Positions 1 through 9,253 of a stretch of DNA of 64,000 bases are shown here, one piece after another. The notes under the pieces were generated by a model. It ran no database searches. It worked only from the letters and a program-made list of their open reading frames with translations, and had not been told where the DNA came from. Numbering within the stretch: the stretch's first letter is position 1; each line of letters begins with the position of its first letter. This DNA comes from an uncultured Planctomycetaceae bacterium (lineage in GTDB: Bacteria; Planctomycetota; Planctomycetia; Isosphaerales; Isosphaeraceae), in assembly GCA_963833985.1 (NCBI GenBank), contig CAWIAD010000002.1, forward strand, positions 3,872,001-3,936,000, written 5' to 3'. The position numbers were made by a program, and so were the translations under genes.

Positions 1-740
1 AGCATGAGAACGAGGGGAACGATGAGGACCCGTGCGGCGATGATGAGCGTTCCCATCGACAGTGCCACGGTGAAGACGACCAGCATCGCGCGAGCCGGCA
101 AGGGGAGCCGGAATGTCGAGGCCGAAGACTGCGATCCGGACGGGATCGAGGAATCAGGCAGCGATGATGCATTTTTCCCGAGCATCGTGTGAAGCTGGCC
201 TTCCAGCTCACGCACATGCTCGACCGCCAGGAAGCCCTCCGGTCGCGGGGTGCCCACCCAGCTCTTGCGGTTCTCGAAGACCAGGTTGCCTGACCCATCG
301 GCCCGCGCGTCGCAGCGGAGCGGCGTGAGCGACGCGCGCGGAAAGCTCAGAACCTCGCGGCGCGCGAAGAACCCCGGCCGGATGATGAGGGCACGGCGGT
401 CGGTGAGGGCATAAATGGTCCCGCGCCCCTTCCACCATTCCCGGACCGGCCATAACAGCATGTAGAGTCCAGGGGGTAGCATCCACAGCCCTGCACCCAT
501 GGCGATGAGCACGTTGTGCCGGGCGAATGGGCGAACAGTTTTTCCCTGGTCCCAGTTGTTGTGCCCGCCCTGAACCACGGCGCAGATCCAGAGAACCATG
601 AACCCCGTGAAGAAGAGTACGAAGAAACCTTTGGAGAGCGATTGCCGGAAGAGTTGCCCCGGCTGGGGCCGACCGGTCCAGAGCACTCGCTCACGCGGTT
701 CCAGCTCGGGCAAGAGCAGTTCCATGACCTCGTCCGACAT
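1..740 (-). CDS. Membrane protein with bacterial PH-like domain (partial, runs off the left edge)
   Basis: Absent from the ORF track because it has no stop in the window. Read manually from ATG at 740: MSDEVMELLLPELEPRERVLWTGRP...2 TM...TIYALTDRRALII...DGSGNLVF...GFLAVEHVRELE...further TM. The start abuts the S1 gene stop at 742. Confidence 0.7.
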   Translation of the reverse strand, partial: MSDEVMELLLPELEPRERVLWTGRPQPGQLFRQSLSKGFFVLFFTGFMVLWICAVVQGGHNNWDQGKTVRPFARHNVLIAMGAGLWMLPPGLYMLLWPVREWWKGRGTIYALTDRRALIIRPGFFARREVLSFPRASLTPLRCDARADGSGNLVFENRKSWVGTPRPEGFLAVEHVRELEGQLHTMLGKNASSLPDSSIPSGSQSSASTFRLPLPARAMLVVFTVALSMGTLIIAARVLIVPLVLM

Positions 741-741
741 T

Positions 742-1098
742 TCAGCTATCCCCTGCGTCCCGCTCCCTTGTCCAGCGACTGTGAATCCATTCCAGGTGGC
801 CAAGCTGTGTGAGCCGGATGTCCCTGGGACTGAGCGAGTAGGCCAGAATGCGGGCCTCTACCTCGTCGCCGACCCTGGGATAGTCTTCGGGAAAAGCGAT
901 ACGATATTCCGGGTCGTCCGCGCGGAGCCTGAAATGGATGAGCTCGAGCAAGACGGGAATGCGCGCGTCCAGCCCGATGTCCACGAACACGCCGAAGGGA
1001 TGGACGGACCGAACGCGGCCCTTGACCTGGCTGCCTCGCGGCAGAGCCAGCCGGAGCTCGTCCCATGCACTCTGGCTGAGAAGTTGATCTGAACTCAT
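742..1098 (-). CDS. Stand-alone S1 RNA-binding (OB-fold) domain protein
   Basis: GSQVKGRVRSVHPFGVFVDIG...PRVGDEVEARIL...IRLT matches the S1 consensus. Confidence 0.8.
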   Translation of the reverse strand: MSSDQLLSQSAWDELRLALPRGSQVKGRVRSVHPFGVFVDIGLDARIPVLLELIHFRLRADDPEYRIAFPEDYPRVGDEVEARILAYSLSPRDIRLTQLGHLEWIHSRWTRERDAGDS

Positions 1099-1469
1099 GC
1101 GATCGCTTCGAGGCGAACATGGACCGAGCCCGGCACGTGCTTCATCGTAATCGCAAGTCCCATCGCGGTCGATCGCGAATGCTTTCCGCGGGGGTTCTCT
1201 GCCACACGCGCGGTTCCGTGACGAAAACCCACTCGGGTCTTGGACCGGGTCTCCGAGTTCCTTAGACTGAGTGTCAAGGAGAGGATTTCCAGAACTTCGA
1301 TCCTCCCTTGAAATCGAGGCCGCGATCGCTTGGCGGACCAGGCGGCCTCATCACTCCACCGGACGCGGGCCGGCCCAGGATCGGATCGAGGTGGGCGAGA
1401 CACCTCTGCCGGGGCAAGGGGCTCAGGCCGGTCATCCCTCCTGATCGCTGATGATTCGAGGAGCAGGCC

Positions 1470-2795
1470 ATGTCGTTTCGCGGTGTTTTCATCGCCGTCG
1501 TCCTGAGCGCGGCGCTTATCGTTTCGGCCTTCATCCTCCAGGCGAAGCGGCCCAGGATCGAGGTGAACCGGCAGTCCGCTGCCCTGGTCAAGGCCACCGG
1601 CAAGTGCGCGGATTGCCATCGCCACGAGACCTCGGCGGTTGTGCATGAGTACGAGATGAGCCGCCATAGCGCCGCGGGAGTCAACTGCCTGGATTGTCAC
1701 CAACCGACGAAGGGCCAGGAGCCGCTTGACCACAAGGGGTTCACCATCACAAAGAAGCTCTCGGCGGCAAACTGCCAGGGCTGCCACCCGGAGCAGTACA
1801 AGCAGTACCTGGAAAGCCGCCACGCCGCGCCGGCGTGGGCCGCGGTGACCGGCAAGCAGGACTTCACGGCCGAGCAGGTGGCCTTCGCCGAGAAGCTCCA
1901 CAAGGGGGCCGTGGATCGGCCTGCGCATGAGCTGACCAGGGTGGAGGGCCTGGCCGCGGTGAACAAGGGCTGCCGCCAGTGCCACGACGTGGGACGGCCG
2001 AACCCGGACGGCAGTATCGGCTCGTGCACGGCGTGCCACGCGCGGCATGTCTCTTCCGTGGCCCTGGCGCGGCTCCCCGAGACGTGCGGCCAGTGCCACA
2101 TGGGGCCCGACCATGCCCAGCTCGAGATCTACCACGAATCGAAGCACGGCGTGCTCTTCAACGCCCAGCGCGCCAGCATGAATCTCGACGCCAGGCCGGA
2201 CAAGCTTACCGCCGAGGACATGCCCGTCCCCACCTGCGCCACCTGCCACATGAGCGGGCTGGAAGGGAACGAAACCGACAAGATCAAGACCACGCACAAC
2301 ACCTCGGAGCGGTTGTCCTACTTCCTCTTCGCCGCCGTTTCCGATCGCCGGCCCAATTACGAGAGCGGCCGGCGCAACATGAAGGCCATCTGCCTGAAGT
2401 GCCACACCAACCCGCGCATCCTCCAGTTCTACAGCGAGGCCGAGGGCGTGGTGCGCTCGACGAACAAGATCGTCAACGAAGCCAAGGCCATCGTGGACAA
2501 GCTGCGGAAGGAAAAGCGGCTCACCGAGCAGCCGTTCGACGAGCCCATCGAGTTCCTCTACTTCGACCTCTGGCACTACGGCGGCCGCACCGCCAAGCAT
2601 GGGGCCTACATGGGTGGGGCCGACTTCGTGCAGTGGCACGGTTACTACGAGCTCGTCGCCAAGCTGGCCGAGCTCAAGAAATCGGCCGCCGAGCTCTCGA
2701 AGGACAAGGAAGCGAAGCCAGCGACAGGTGCCCGTGCCGGCAGCACTCCCGCGACATCAGGAGGCGGCAGCCATGCCACGGCCAGCACACGTTGA
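1470..2795 (+). CDS. Octaheme c-type cytochrome, hydroxylamine oxidoreductase (HAO)-like family
   Basis: Eight CxxCH motifs (CADCH, CLDCH, CQGCH, CRQCH, CTACH, CGQCH, CATCH, CLKCH), the HAO-type segment CGQCHMGPDH...YxESKHG, an N-terminal TM/signal, and a GAGGAG RBS. Confidence 0.85.
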   Translation: MSFRGVFIAVVLSAALIVSAFILQAKRPRIEVNRQSAALVKATGKCADCHRHETSAVVHEYEMSRHSAAGVNCLDCHQPTKGQEPLDHKGFTITKKLSAANCQGCHPEQYKQYLESRHAAPAWAAVTGKQDFTAEQVAFAEKLHKGAVDRPAHELTRVEGLAAVNKGCRQCHDVGRPNPDGSIGSCTACHARHVSSVALARLPETCGQCHMGPDHAQLEIYHESKHGVLFNAQRASMNLDARPDKLTAEDMPVPTCATCHMSGLEGNETDKIKTTHNTSERLSYFLFAAVSDRRPNYESGRRNMKAICLKCHTNPRILQFYSEAEGVVRSTNKIVNEAKAIVDKLRKEKRLTEQPFDEPIEFLYFDLWHYGGRTAKHGAYMGGADFVQWHGYYELVAKLAELKKSAAELSKDKEAKPATGARAGSTPATSGGGSHATASTR

Positions 2796-3684
2796 TATGT
2801 GGTGGGCGAGCCCGCGGCTTTGGGTGGAGTGGTTCCTCGTCGCCAACATTGCCTTCCTGGCCGCGGACATCACGCTGGCTCATGCCGTGAACGGCTTCGA
2901 GCATCCCGCCGAGTGGATCCCCATCGGCTTCTCGGTCGGCGGCACGATCTTGCTGCTGCTGGCAATGGCGATTGGAGGATCGGAGCCATCGGTCATGGAT
3001 GGAACAGTCAGCGACTCCGCGCCGGCCCGGGACGTTCTTGTCCGCGGGATTGGCCTGCTTGTCGGCTGGGCGTCCATCACCGTCGGCATTGCCGGGCTGG
3101 TCTGGCATCTGAGTGCCGTTTTCTTCCAGGAGCAGACGCTCAGGAACCTGGTTTACACCGCGCCCTTCGCCGCACCCCTGGCTTACACCGGTCTGGGCCT
3201 GCTGCTCATTCTCGATCGTATGGTGAACCAGCGGAGCCTGGAATGGGCACGCTGGGTGATCTTGCTGGCGGCCGGGGGGTTCGCGGGCAATTTCGTGCTC
3301 AGTCTGGCGGACCATGCGCAGAACGGGTTCTTCGAACCCACCGAATGGATCGGGGTGGTCGCGGCTGCGGTCGCCTTCGGCTTCCTCGTCGCCGAGGCCG
3401 CCGTGCCGGAAAGCCGTGGACTGGTCGTCATCAATCTGGCACTCATGGTCGTGCAGGTGTTCGCGGGCTTGCTGGGTTTCTATCTCCACGCACGAGGCAA
3501 CCTGTTTCATCAGAGCGGCAGCGCATGGGACCGCTTCGTGTACGGGGCTCCGGTCTTCGCCCCCTTGCTCTTCGCCGACCTTGCCCTGCTCGCCGCGCTG
3601 GGAGGCTGGGCGCACCTCCGCTGCCTGACGTCCGCACCCACCTCAGGCCCTCACAGCCACGACGCATCCGGAACCTGGAGCTAA
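2773..3684 (+). CDS. Polytopic membrane protein (two internal repeats), probable partner of the octaheme cytochrome
   Basis: AGGAGG RBS before ATG 2773, overlapping the cytochrome stop. About 8 hydrophobic helices and a duplicated HAxNGF..P.EW / H / VYxAP.FAP.L pattern. Confidence 0.75.
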   Translation: MPRPAHVDMWWASPRLWVEWFLVANIAFLAADITLAHAVNGFEHPAEWIPIGFSVGGTILLLLAMAIGGSEPSVMDGTVSDSAPARDVLVRGIGLLVGWASITVGIAGLVWHLSAVFFQEQTLRNLVYTAPFAAPLAYTGLGLLLILDRMVNQRSLEWARWVILLAAGGFAGNFVLSLADHAQNGFFEPTEWIGVVAAAVAFGFLVAEAAVPESRGLVVINLALMVVQVFAGLLGFYLHARGNLFHQSGSAWDRFVYGAPVFAPLLFADLALLAALGGWAHLRCLTSAPTSGPHSHDASGTWS

Positions 3685-3692
3685 AACAAGAG

Positions 3693-3729
3693 CAGCCTGA
3701 CCGGCCGGGGCGAATCGGCCGTCAGGCTG
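3693..3729. terminator. Hairpin, probable intrinsic terminator between convergent genes
   Basis: CAGCCTGAC(C)GGCCG...CGGCCGTCAGGCTG inverted repeat flanked by A-runs. Confidence 0.55.
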
Positions 3730-3813
3730 AAAATCCGCGGCTATATGGGCCGGCCGCGGAAGCGAATGGCATCCTCTCGCATCTTGCGTGTGGTCATTCC
3801 CCCGTGCGTATGC

Positions 3814-4434
3814 TCAGGAGTAGAGGACGCGCACCTGGGTCTCTCCGGGCGTTCCCGTGTCCGCGTGGGTCAGGATGACGGGTACCGTCGAGAGAGGAAC
3901 AGCAGGGGTGGTCGTGGTTGTGTAGCTCACGGTAGGGGAGGCCGGGGCGCTGGTCGTGTTCGAGGGAACCGTCGGGCTCGTGATCGCCGCCATGGCCCTT
4001 GCGGGATTGGATGTCGGCTGCAGCACCGGCGCGGGTACCGGCGGCACCGGGACGTGCGTCGTCACGGGGACGATCACGGACTGGCTGCTGTGAGTGGGGG
4101 TCTGGGTCATCAGGTTCAGCGAATTGACCGGTGTCGAGCCATGCGTGAAGATGCTGGCGGGGCTGGCCCCGTGCTCCAGTTGCCCGCGGTGCAACTGGAG
4201 CGCGTCTCGCCTGATCAATCGAAGTTCCTGAAGTCGCTCGAGGCGGATCATCGTCCTCATGTCTCTGAGCTCGATGGCCGCCAGCCTCGTGGCCTGCGCG
4301 TGTGCCACCCCGGCTGTCATCAGTTCCCGTCCCTCCAGCGACTCCACCTGGACTGCGGCTTTCGCGCTCTTGTGTCGCCGGCTCGGTGCAAAGGTCCGCG
4401 TATCGGAAATCAGTCCACAGATGGTAGCGAACAT
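3814..4434 (-). CDS. Planctomycete extracellular (LExRxLL-motif) protein with Pro/Thr-rich tail
   Basis: ATG 4434 after GAGGAAAG. VESLEGRELMT motif follows a basic stretch; low-complexity P/T/S C-terminus. Confidence 0.65.
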   Translation of the reverse strand: MFATICGLISDTRTFAPSRRHKSAKAAVQVESLEGRELMTAGVAHAQATRLAAIELRDMRTMIRLERLQELRLIRRDALQLHRGQLEHGASPASIFTHGSTPVNSLNLMTQTPTHSSQSVIVPVTTHVPVPPVPAPVLQPTSNPARAMAAITSPTVPSNTTSAPASPTVSYTTTTTPAVPLSTVPVILTHADTGTPGETQVRVLYS

Positions 4435-4684
4435 GGCGGCTTTCCTCGAATCAAGGTGGAAGGAAGCGATGGACCGCATACAGGTGGTGTGAAGCAAGTC
4501 GCGTACCTCTTTGCCATTGTGCGACTTGTTGGCTTGGACATTTCTAAGAGAAAGAATCCATGGCCGGAGGTTACAGCGGTCCCGGCTGGCAGGACGCCGC
4601 CCGGCTCCGTGGCGGGCCCGGCGTGGCCGGTTGCAGCGAGGAGGTTTCACGGTTATAGATGGATAGCTGGTCACCCGCACCCGC

Positions 4685-6082
4685 GTGCCCTTGAGAGCGA
4701 GATCCTCCTTGAGCGTGCCCATCCGCCGGATTGATTGTTCCCGCAGTGACGCCCTGGCGGCCATTGCCGAGCTGCGCCGCGAGCTTGGCCCCAGGGGGAA
4801 CGTGGTCAGCCCTGAGGGGAAGGCACGCACGGTAGCCGCATTCGGGCAGCCACTCACGCCAGTACAGGTGGTGGAGCGGATCTGCAATGACGTGGCCGAG
4901 CGCGGGCTCGCCGCCGTGCTTGATTACACCCATCGCCTTGACGGGGCCGCGCTCGAGTCGAGTACGCTGCGCGTCTCGAAAGCAGAGCTTGAATCCGCCT
5001 ATGCTGCGGCCGACGACGGATATCTTGAGACGCTCAAGAATGTTCGCGACAACATCCTGACATACCAGCGGGCCATCCTGAACCACGACGTTCGCCTGGA
5101 GTCCGCGCCGGGGATCACCCTGGGAATGCGCTATGTGCCCCTGCGGCGCGTGGGTGTGTGTGTGCCGGGCGGGGCCGCGGCGTATCCATCGACCCTGCTC
5201 ATGACGGTGGTCCCGGCACAGGCGGCTGGCGTGCACGAGATTGCCGTGGTGGCTCCGCCCACGCGGTTCGGCGGGTACAACACCGATCTTCTGGCGGCCT
5301 GTCAATTTCTGGGGGTCACCGAGGTCTACCGCATCGGCGGCGCCCAGGCCGTGGCTGCCCTCGCCTACGGAGTCGAGGGAATTCCCGCCGTCGACAAGAT
5401 CGTCGGGCCGGGGAACCTCTTCGTGGCCCTGGCCAAGAAGCACGTCTACGGCGAGGTCGACATCGACAGCATTGCCGGGCCGAGCGAGGTTGTCCTGATT
5501 GCCGACGACACGGCCGACCCGCGGTTCGTCGCGTCCGACCTGATCAGCCAGGCCGAGCATTCGCCGGGCAGCAGCATTCTCCTGACCTGGGAGCCCGCGC
5601 TCATCGACCGCGTCGTTTCCGCGCTCGATGACCAGCTTGGCTGGCTGGGACGGGGCGACCTGGCGCGCGATAGCCTGGCGCGGTTCGGGGCCCTCATCCT
5701 GGTGCGCGATCGGGCCGAGGCGGTTCGGCTCTCGAACCTGCTGGCCCCCGAGCACCTGCACGTCTCCACCCGTGATCCGGAACGGCTCCTGCCTGGCCTC
5801 ACCAGCGCGGGGGCCATCTTCCTGGGGCATCACACGCCCGTGGCCGTGGGCGACTACGCGGCCGGGCCGTCGCACGTGCTCCCCACCGGAGGCACGGCCC
5901 GATGGGCCTCCGGCCTCTCGGCCAATGACTTCTTGAAGCGATCGAGCGTGATCTCGGTGACGGCCGAAGGCCTGGCACGGCTGGCACCCGACGTCCGCCG
6001 CCTGGCCGATATCGAGGGGCTCTCGGCGCACCGCTACAGTGTGGATGTCCGCCTTTCCGATCATCCCCCTGCGAAGAATTGA
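4685..6082 (+). CDS. hisD: Histidinol dehydrogenase
   Basis: VPGGAAAYPS, GGAQAVAALAYG, KIVGPGN, IDSIAGPSE, QAEH, APEHL, GDYAAGPSHVLPT. Exact start uncertain. Confidence 0.97.
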   Translation: MPLRARSSLSVPIRRIDCSRSDALAAIAELRRELGPRGNVVSPEGKARTVAAFGQPLTPVQVVERICNDVAERGLAAVLDYTHRLDGAALESSTLRVSKAELESAYAAADDGYLETLKNVRDNILTYQRAILNHDVRLESAPGITLGMRYVPLRRVGVCVPGGAAAYPSTLLMTVVPAQAAGVHEIAVVAPPTRFGGYNTDLLAACQFLGVTEVYRIGGAQAVAALAYGVEGIPAVDKIVGPGNLFVALAKKHVYGEVDIDSIAGPSEVVLIADDTADPRFVASDLISQAEHSPGSSILLTWEPALIDRVVSALDDQLGWLGRGDLARDSLARFGALILVRDRAEAVRLSNLLAPEHLHVSTRDPERLLPGLTSAGAIFLGHHTPVAVGDYAAGPSHVLPTGGTARWASGLSANDFLKRSSVISVTAEGLARLAPDVRRLADIEGLSAHRYSVDVRLSDHPPAKN

Positions 6083-6089
6083 GGTTGCG

Positions 6090-6900
6090 ATGACGGGCCC
6101 CGAGTCTTTGGCCGCGCGTGAAGCCAGACCCGCGATCGATTCGGCGGCGCGGGCCTCCGAAGCGCGGCGGTTGCACCACCGCCAGATGATCCGCCGCGGT
6201 TTGCTGGCCGCGCTTCTGGTGGCGATCGTCGGACTGATCTTCGCCGTGGCGGTCCCGGCGTTCAACCAGCTTCGCGTGGCGTGGCTGCTCCAGGCCGCCG
6301 GTTATAACGTCGACTGGCAGGTGGACGAGCTGACATGGAGGATCGGCGGCGTCACCTCGGTGCGCTACAACAATCGCAACTGGCTGACGACACCACGAGA
6401 TGCCGAGATACTGCTTCTTCCCCGGCTGCTCAATGTCCAGAGTCTGAGCCTGGCCGAGTGCCCGGTGACCGAGGCCGGCCTGGCACCCCTGGCGGCGCTC
6501 GAAGACCTGCGCGCGCTCGATCTCAAACGACTGGACCAGTTTCACTACGGCACGGACCTCAGGGGGCTCAAGGATTCGTGCCTCACTCCGCTGGTCGGTC
6601 TGCGGAAGCTGGAAAGCCTCACGCTCTCGGGCAACCGGATCAGCGACGCCGGCCTGGCCACGATCGGCCGGATGACACAGCTCAGCTCGCTGGATCTGGA
6701 CGCCACCGACGTGACCGACGCCGGCCTGGTTCATCTCCACTCGCTGAGGAACCTGCGGAGCCTGTCGCTGGGTGGAACCCAGGTGACGCCCGAGGGCCTC
6801 AAGGCTTTTCAGAAGGCCATGCCGGAGGTCGAAGTGAACTTCGATCTCTCACCCGAGGTCGAGCAGGCCATCCTGCGCCTGGAGGAGTCTCTCGCGATGA
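6090..6900 (+). CDS. Membrane-anchored leucine-rich repeat protein (in frame with the downstream GNAT in this assembly)
   Basis: One TM, then LRRs LxxLxLxxxxVTDAGL. An ATGA at 6897-6900 suggests the natural end. Confidence 0.75.
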
Positions 6901-7475
6901 GCGTCGAGTTCGCGGCCGCCGGCCTGTCGGACAGTCCTGATCCCGGCCGGAACGCCCTTCCCTTGTTCTCCATCCGGCCGGCAGTGCCCGAAGACGCGCA
7001 GATCATCGCGAACCTGGTGTATGAGCTGGCCGTCTATGAGAAACTGGAGATGTACGCCAGGGCGACGGCCGACGACTTCCGCCGCCACCTGTTCGGCCCA
7101 CGGCCGTACGCCGAGGCGGTTGTGGCGGAAGTTGAGGGCCAGGCTGTGGGGTTCGCGCTCTACTTCCCCACGTTCTCGACGTTTCGCGGGCAGCCGGGGC
7201 TTTACCTCGAAGACATCTTTGTCCGGCCGGAGCAACGCGGGCGGGGAATCGGCAAGGCCCTGCTGGCCACGCTTGCCCGGTTGGCGCTCGACCGCGGCCT
7301 GGGCCGGCTGGAATGGGCGGTGCTGCACTGGAACACTCCGGCGATCGGCTTCTACCAAAGCCTGGGCGCCCGGCCGATGCAGGAGTGGCAGGTGTACCGG
7401 ATCGATGATCTTCCGCTGGCCCGGCTTGCAGCGCTGGCACCGCCTGTGACGCCGCGGAATGGACAGCCCGACTGA
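6897..7475 (+). CDS. GNAT N-acetyltransferase (SSAT/diamine acetyltransferase-like)
   Basis: Own RBS GGAGGAG before ATG 6897. ELAVYEK, FSTFRGQPGLYLEDIFVRPEQRGRGIG, LEWAVLHWNTPAIGFY. Confidence 0.85.
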   Translation: MSVEFAAAGLSDSPDPGRNALPLFSIRPAVPEDAQIIANLVYELAVYEKLEMYARATADDFRRHLFGPRPYAEAVVAEVEGQAVGFALYFPTFSTFRGQPGLYLEDIFVRPEQRGRGIGKALLATLARLALDRGLGRLEWAVLHWNTPAIGFYQSLGARPMQEWQVYRIDDLPLARLAALAPPVTPRNGQPD

Positions 7476-7508
7476 ACTCTTCCGACGCTGCTGGAGCCAG
7501 TCCCTCGC

Positions 7509-8550
7509 ATGAATGCTTCGATTCGACCCCACATTCTCCGCATGGCCGGCTATGTTCCGGGAGAACAACCGCAAGGCGGAGGGTTCATCAAGCTGAATAC
7601 GAATGAGAACCCCTATCCGCCGTCGCCCCGGGTCCTGGAGGCTCTGGCGCGGGCGCTCACGGAGCGGCTGCGGCTCTATCCCGACCCCGTGGCGACCGAG
7701 TTTCGCCGCGTGGCCGCCAGGCTGCATGGCGTTGATCCCGGCATGATCCTCGCGGGCAACGGCTCGGACGATTTGCTCACCATCCTCGTTCGCGCGTTCG
7801 TCGGGCCGGGCGAACTGGCCGCCTATCCCACGCCCAGCTACCTGCTCTACTCCACGCTGATCCGGCTTCAGGACGGCCGTGAGCACGTGGTTCCCTTCTC
7901 CCCGAGCTGGGAGCTCGATCCTGCGGATTTCGATTGTCCCGGGCTGAAGCTTGTCTTTCTGGCCAACCCCAACAGCCCCTCCGGTACCGCGCTCTCGCCG
8001 CGGCAGGTTTCGCGGCTGGCACGCGCGCTCCCCTGCCCCCTGGTGGTGGACGAGGCTTATGTCGACTTCGCGGCCGAGGATTGCATCCCGCTGGTCCGCG
8101 AGCACTCGAACTTGATCGTCACGCGCTCGTTCAGCAAGGGCTACAGCCTGGCGGGCATTCGCCTGGGCTACCTGGTGGCGGATCCGGGAATGGTCCAGGA
8201 GCTCATCAAGGTGAAGGACTCGTACAATTGCGATGCCCTCAGCCTGGCTGCCGGCGTCGCGGCGCTCGAGGACCGCGACTACCTCGCGGCCACTCGCGGG
8301 AAGGTCGTGGCCACCCGCGGCCGCCTGGCCGCGGCGCTCCGCGGTATGGGTTACTCGGTGCCGGACAGCCAGGCCAATTTTCTGTGGGCGACCGGCGGAC
8401 CCGCTGCGCGAAACGTTCGAGCGGCTCAAGGATCGCAGGATCCTGGTTCGCCTCATGAGCTATGCCGGCTATCCCGAGGGATTACGTATCAGCATCGGCA
8501 CCGACGCCGAGATCGACCGGCTGCTCGAGCATATGCACCAGGTCTCCTGA
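7509..8550 (+). CDS. hisC: Histidinol-phosphate aminotransferase (frameshift near 8405)
   Basis: [41 protein letters not shown]. The C-terminus (ILVR...LRISIGT) continues in another frame to stop 8550. Confidence 0.93.
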
Positions 8551-8656
8551 GGCTCGACCGCCTCCCTGCCGCCGGATGATCACGATAATATTTCCTGATC
8601 GCTGTCGCTGTTCTGTTCCTTCATCCTTTGCCACTGCGGATCGATTGCCACTTGCC

Positions 8657-9253
8657 ATGACGAACACTCCTCGCCAGTCCGACATTGTCCGCAAGACCCG
8701 CGAGACCGACATCCGCCTGGCGGCCTGCCTGGACGGCGAGGGCCGCGCGGAAATTGCCACGGGGGTCGGCTTCCTTGATCACATGCTGGAGCTTTTCGCC
8801 CGGCATTCGCTCATCGATCTGAGCGTGGTTTGCACCGGCGATCTGCATGTGGACGATCACCACACCACCGAGGACGTGGGCATCTGCCTGGGCCAGGCGA
8901 TTGACCGGGCATTGGGCGATCGCGCGGGCATTCGCCGCTACGGCCACGCCGTGCTGCCGATGGACGAGGTGCTCGTGACCTGCGCCGTCGACCTGGGAGG
9001 CCGGCCCTACTTCTCCTGGAACGCAGCCATGCCCGCGGCCAAGATCGGCACCTTCGACAGCGAGCTTGTGGCCGACTTCTGGCACTCGGTCTGTACCCAT
9101 GGCCGCATGAACCTGCATGTCCTGCTGCATCAGGGCAGGAATACCCATCACATCAGTGAAGCGATCTTCAAGGGCCTGGCACGTGCGCTGCGCGATGCCG
9201 CGGAGCCGGATCCGCGCTCGTCAGGGGTGCCTTCCACCAAGGGTGTTCTTTGA
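8657..9253 (+). CDS. hisB: Imidazoleglycerol-phosphate dehydratase
   Basis: [43 protein letters not shown]. Confidence 0.97.
   Translation: MTNTPRQSDIVRKTRETDIRLAACLDGEGRAEIATGVGFLDHMLELFARHSLIDLSVVCTGDLHVDDHHTTEDVGICLGQAIDRALGDRAGIRRYGHAVLPMDEVLVTCAVDLGGRPYFSWNAAMPAAKIGTFDSELVADFWHSVCTHGRMNLHVLLHQGRNTHHISEAIFKGLARALRDAAEPDPRSSGVPSTKGVL

Noticed and set aside
1095..2639. Long antisense ORFs (also 4571-6265, 6849-8456, 20254-22674, 23554-25440, 45879-47366, 61611-62747)
   Set aside because: Shadow ORFs opposite well-supported genes, expected in high-GC DNA; no motifs.
1470..2795. Evidence for anammox or ammonia oxidation
   Set aside because: No hzs/amo/c554 genes in the window, the cross-link Tyr appears absent, and the gene content looks like a heterotrophic planctomycete.
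7509..8579. Programmed ribosomal frameshifting in hisC and other split genes
   Set aside because: No slippery heptamers or shared signal, and these families are not known for recoding; assembly error is simpler.
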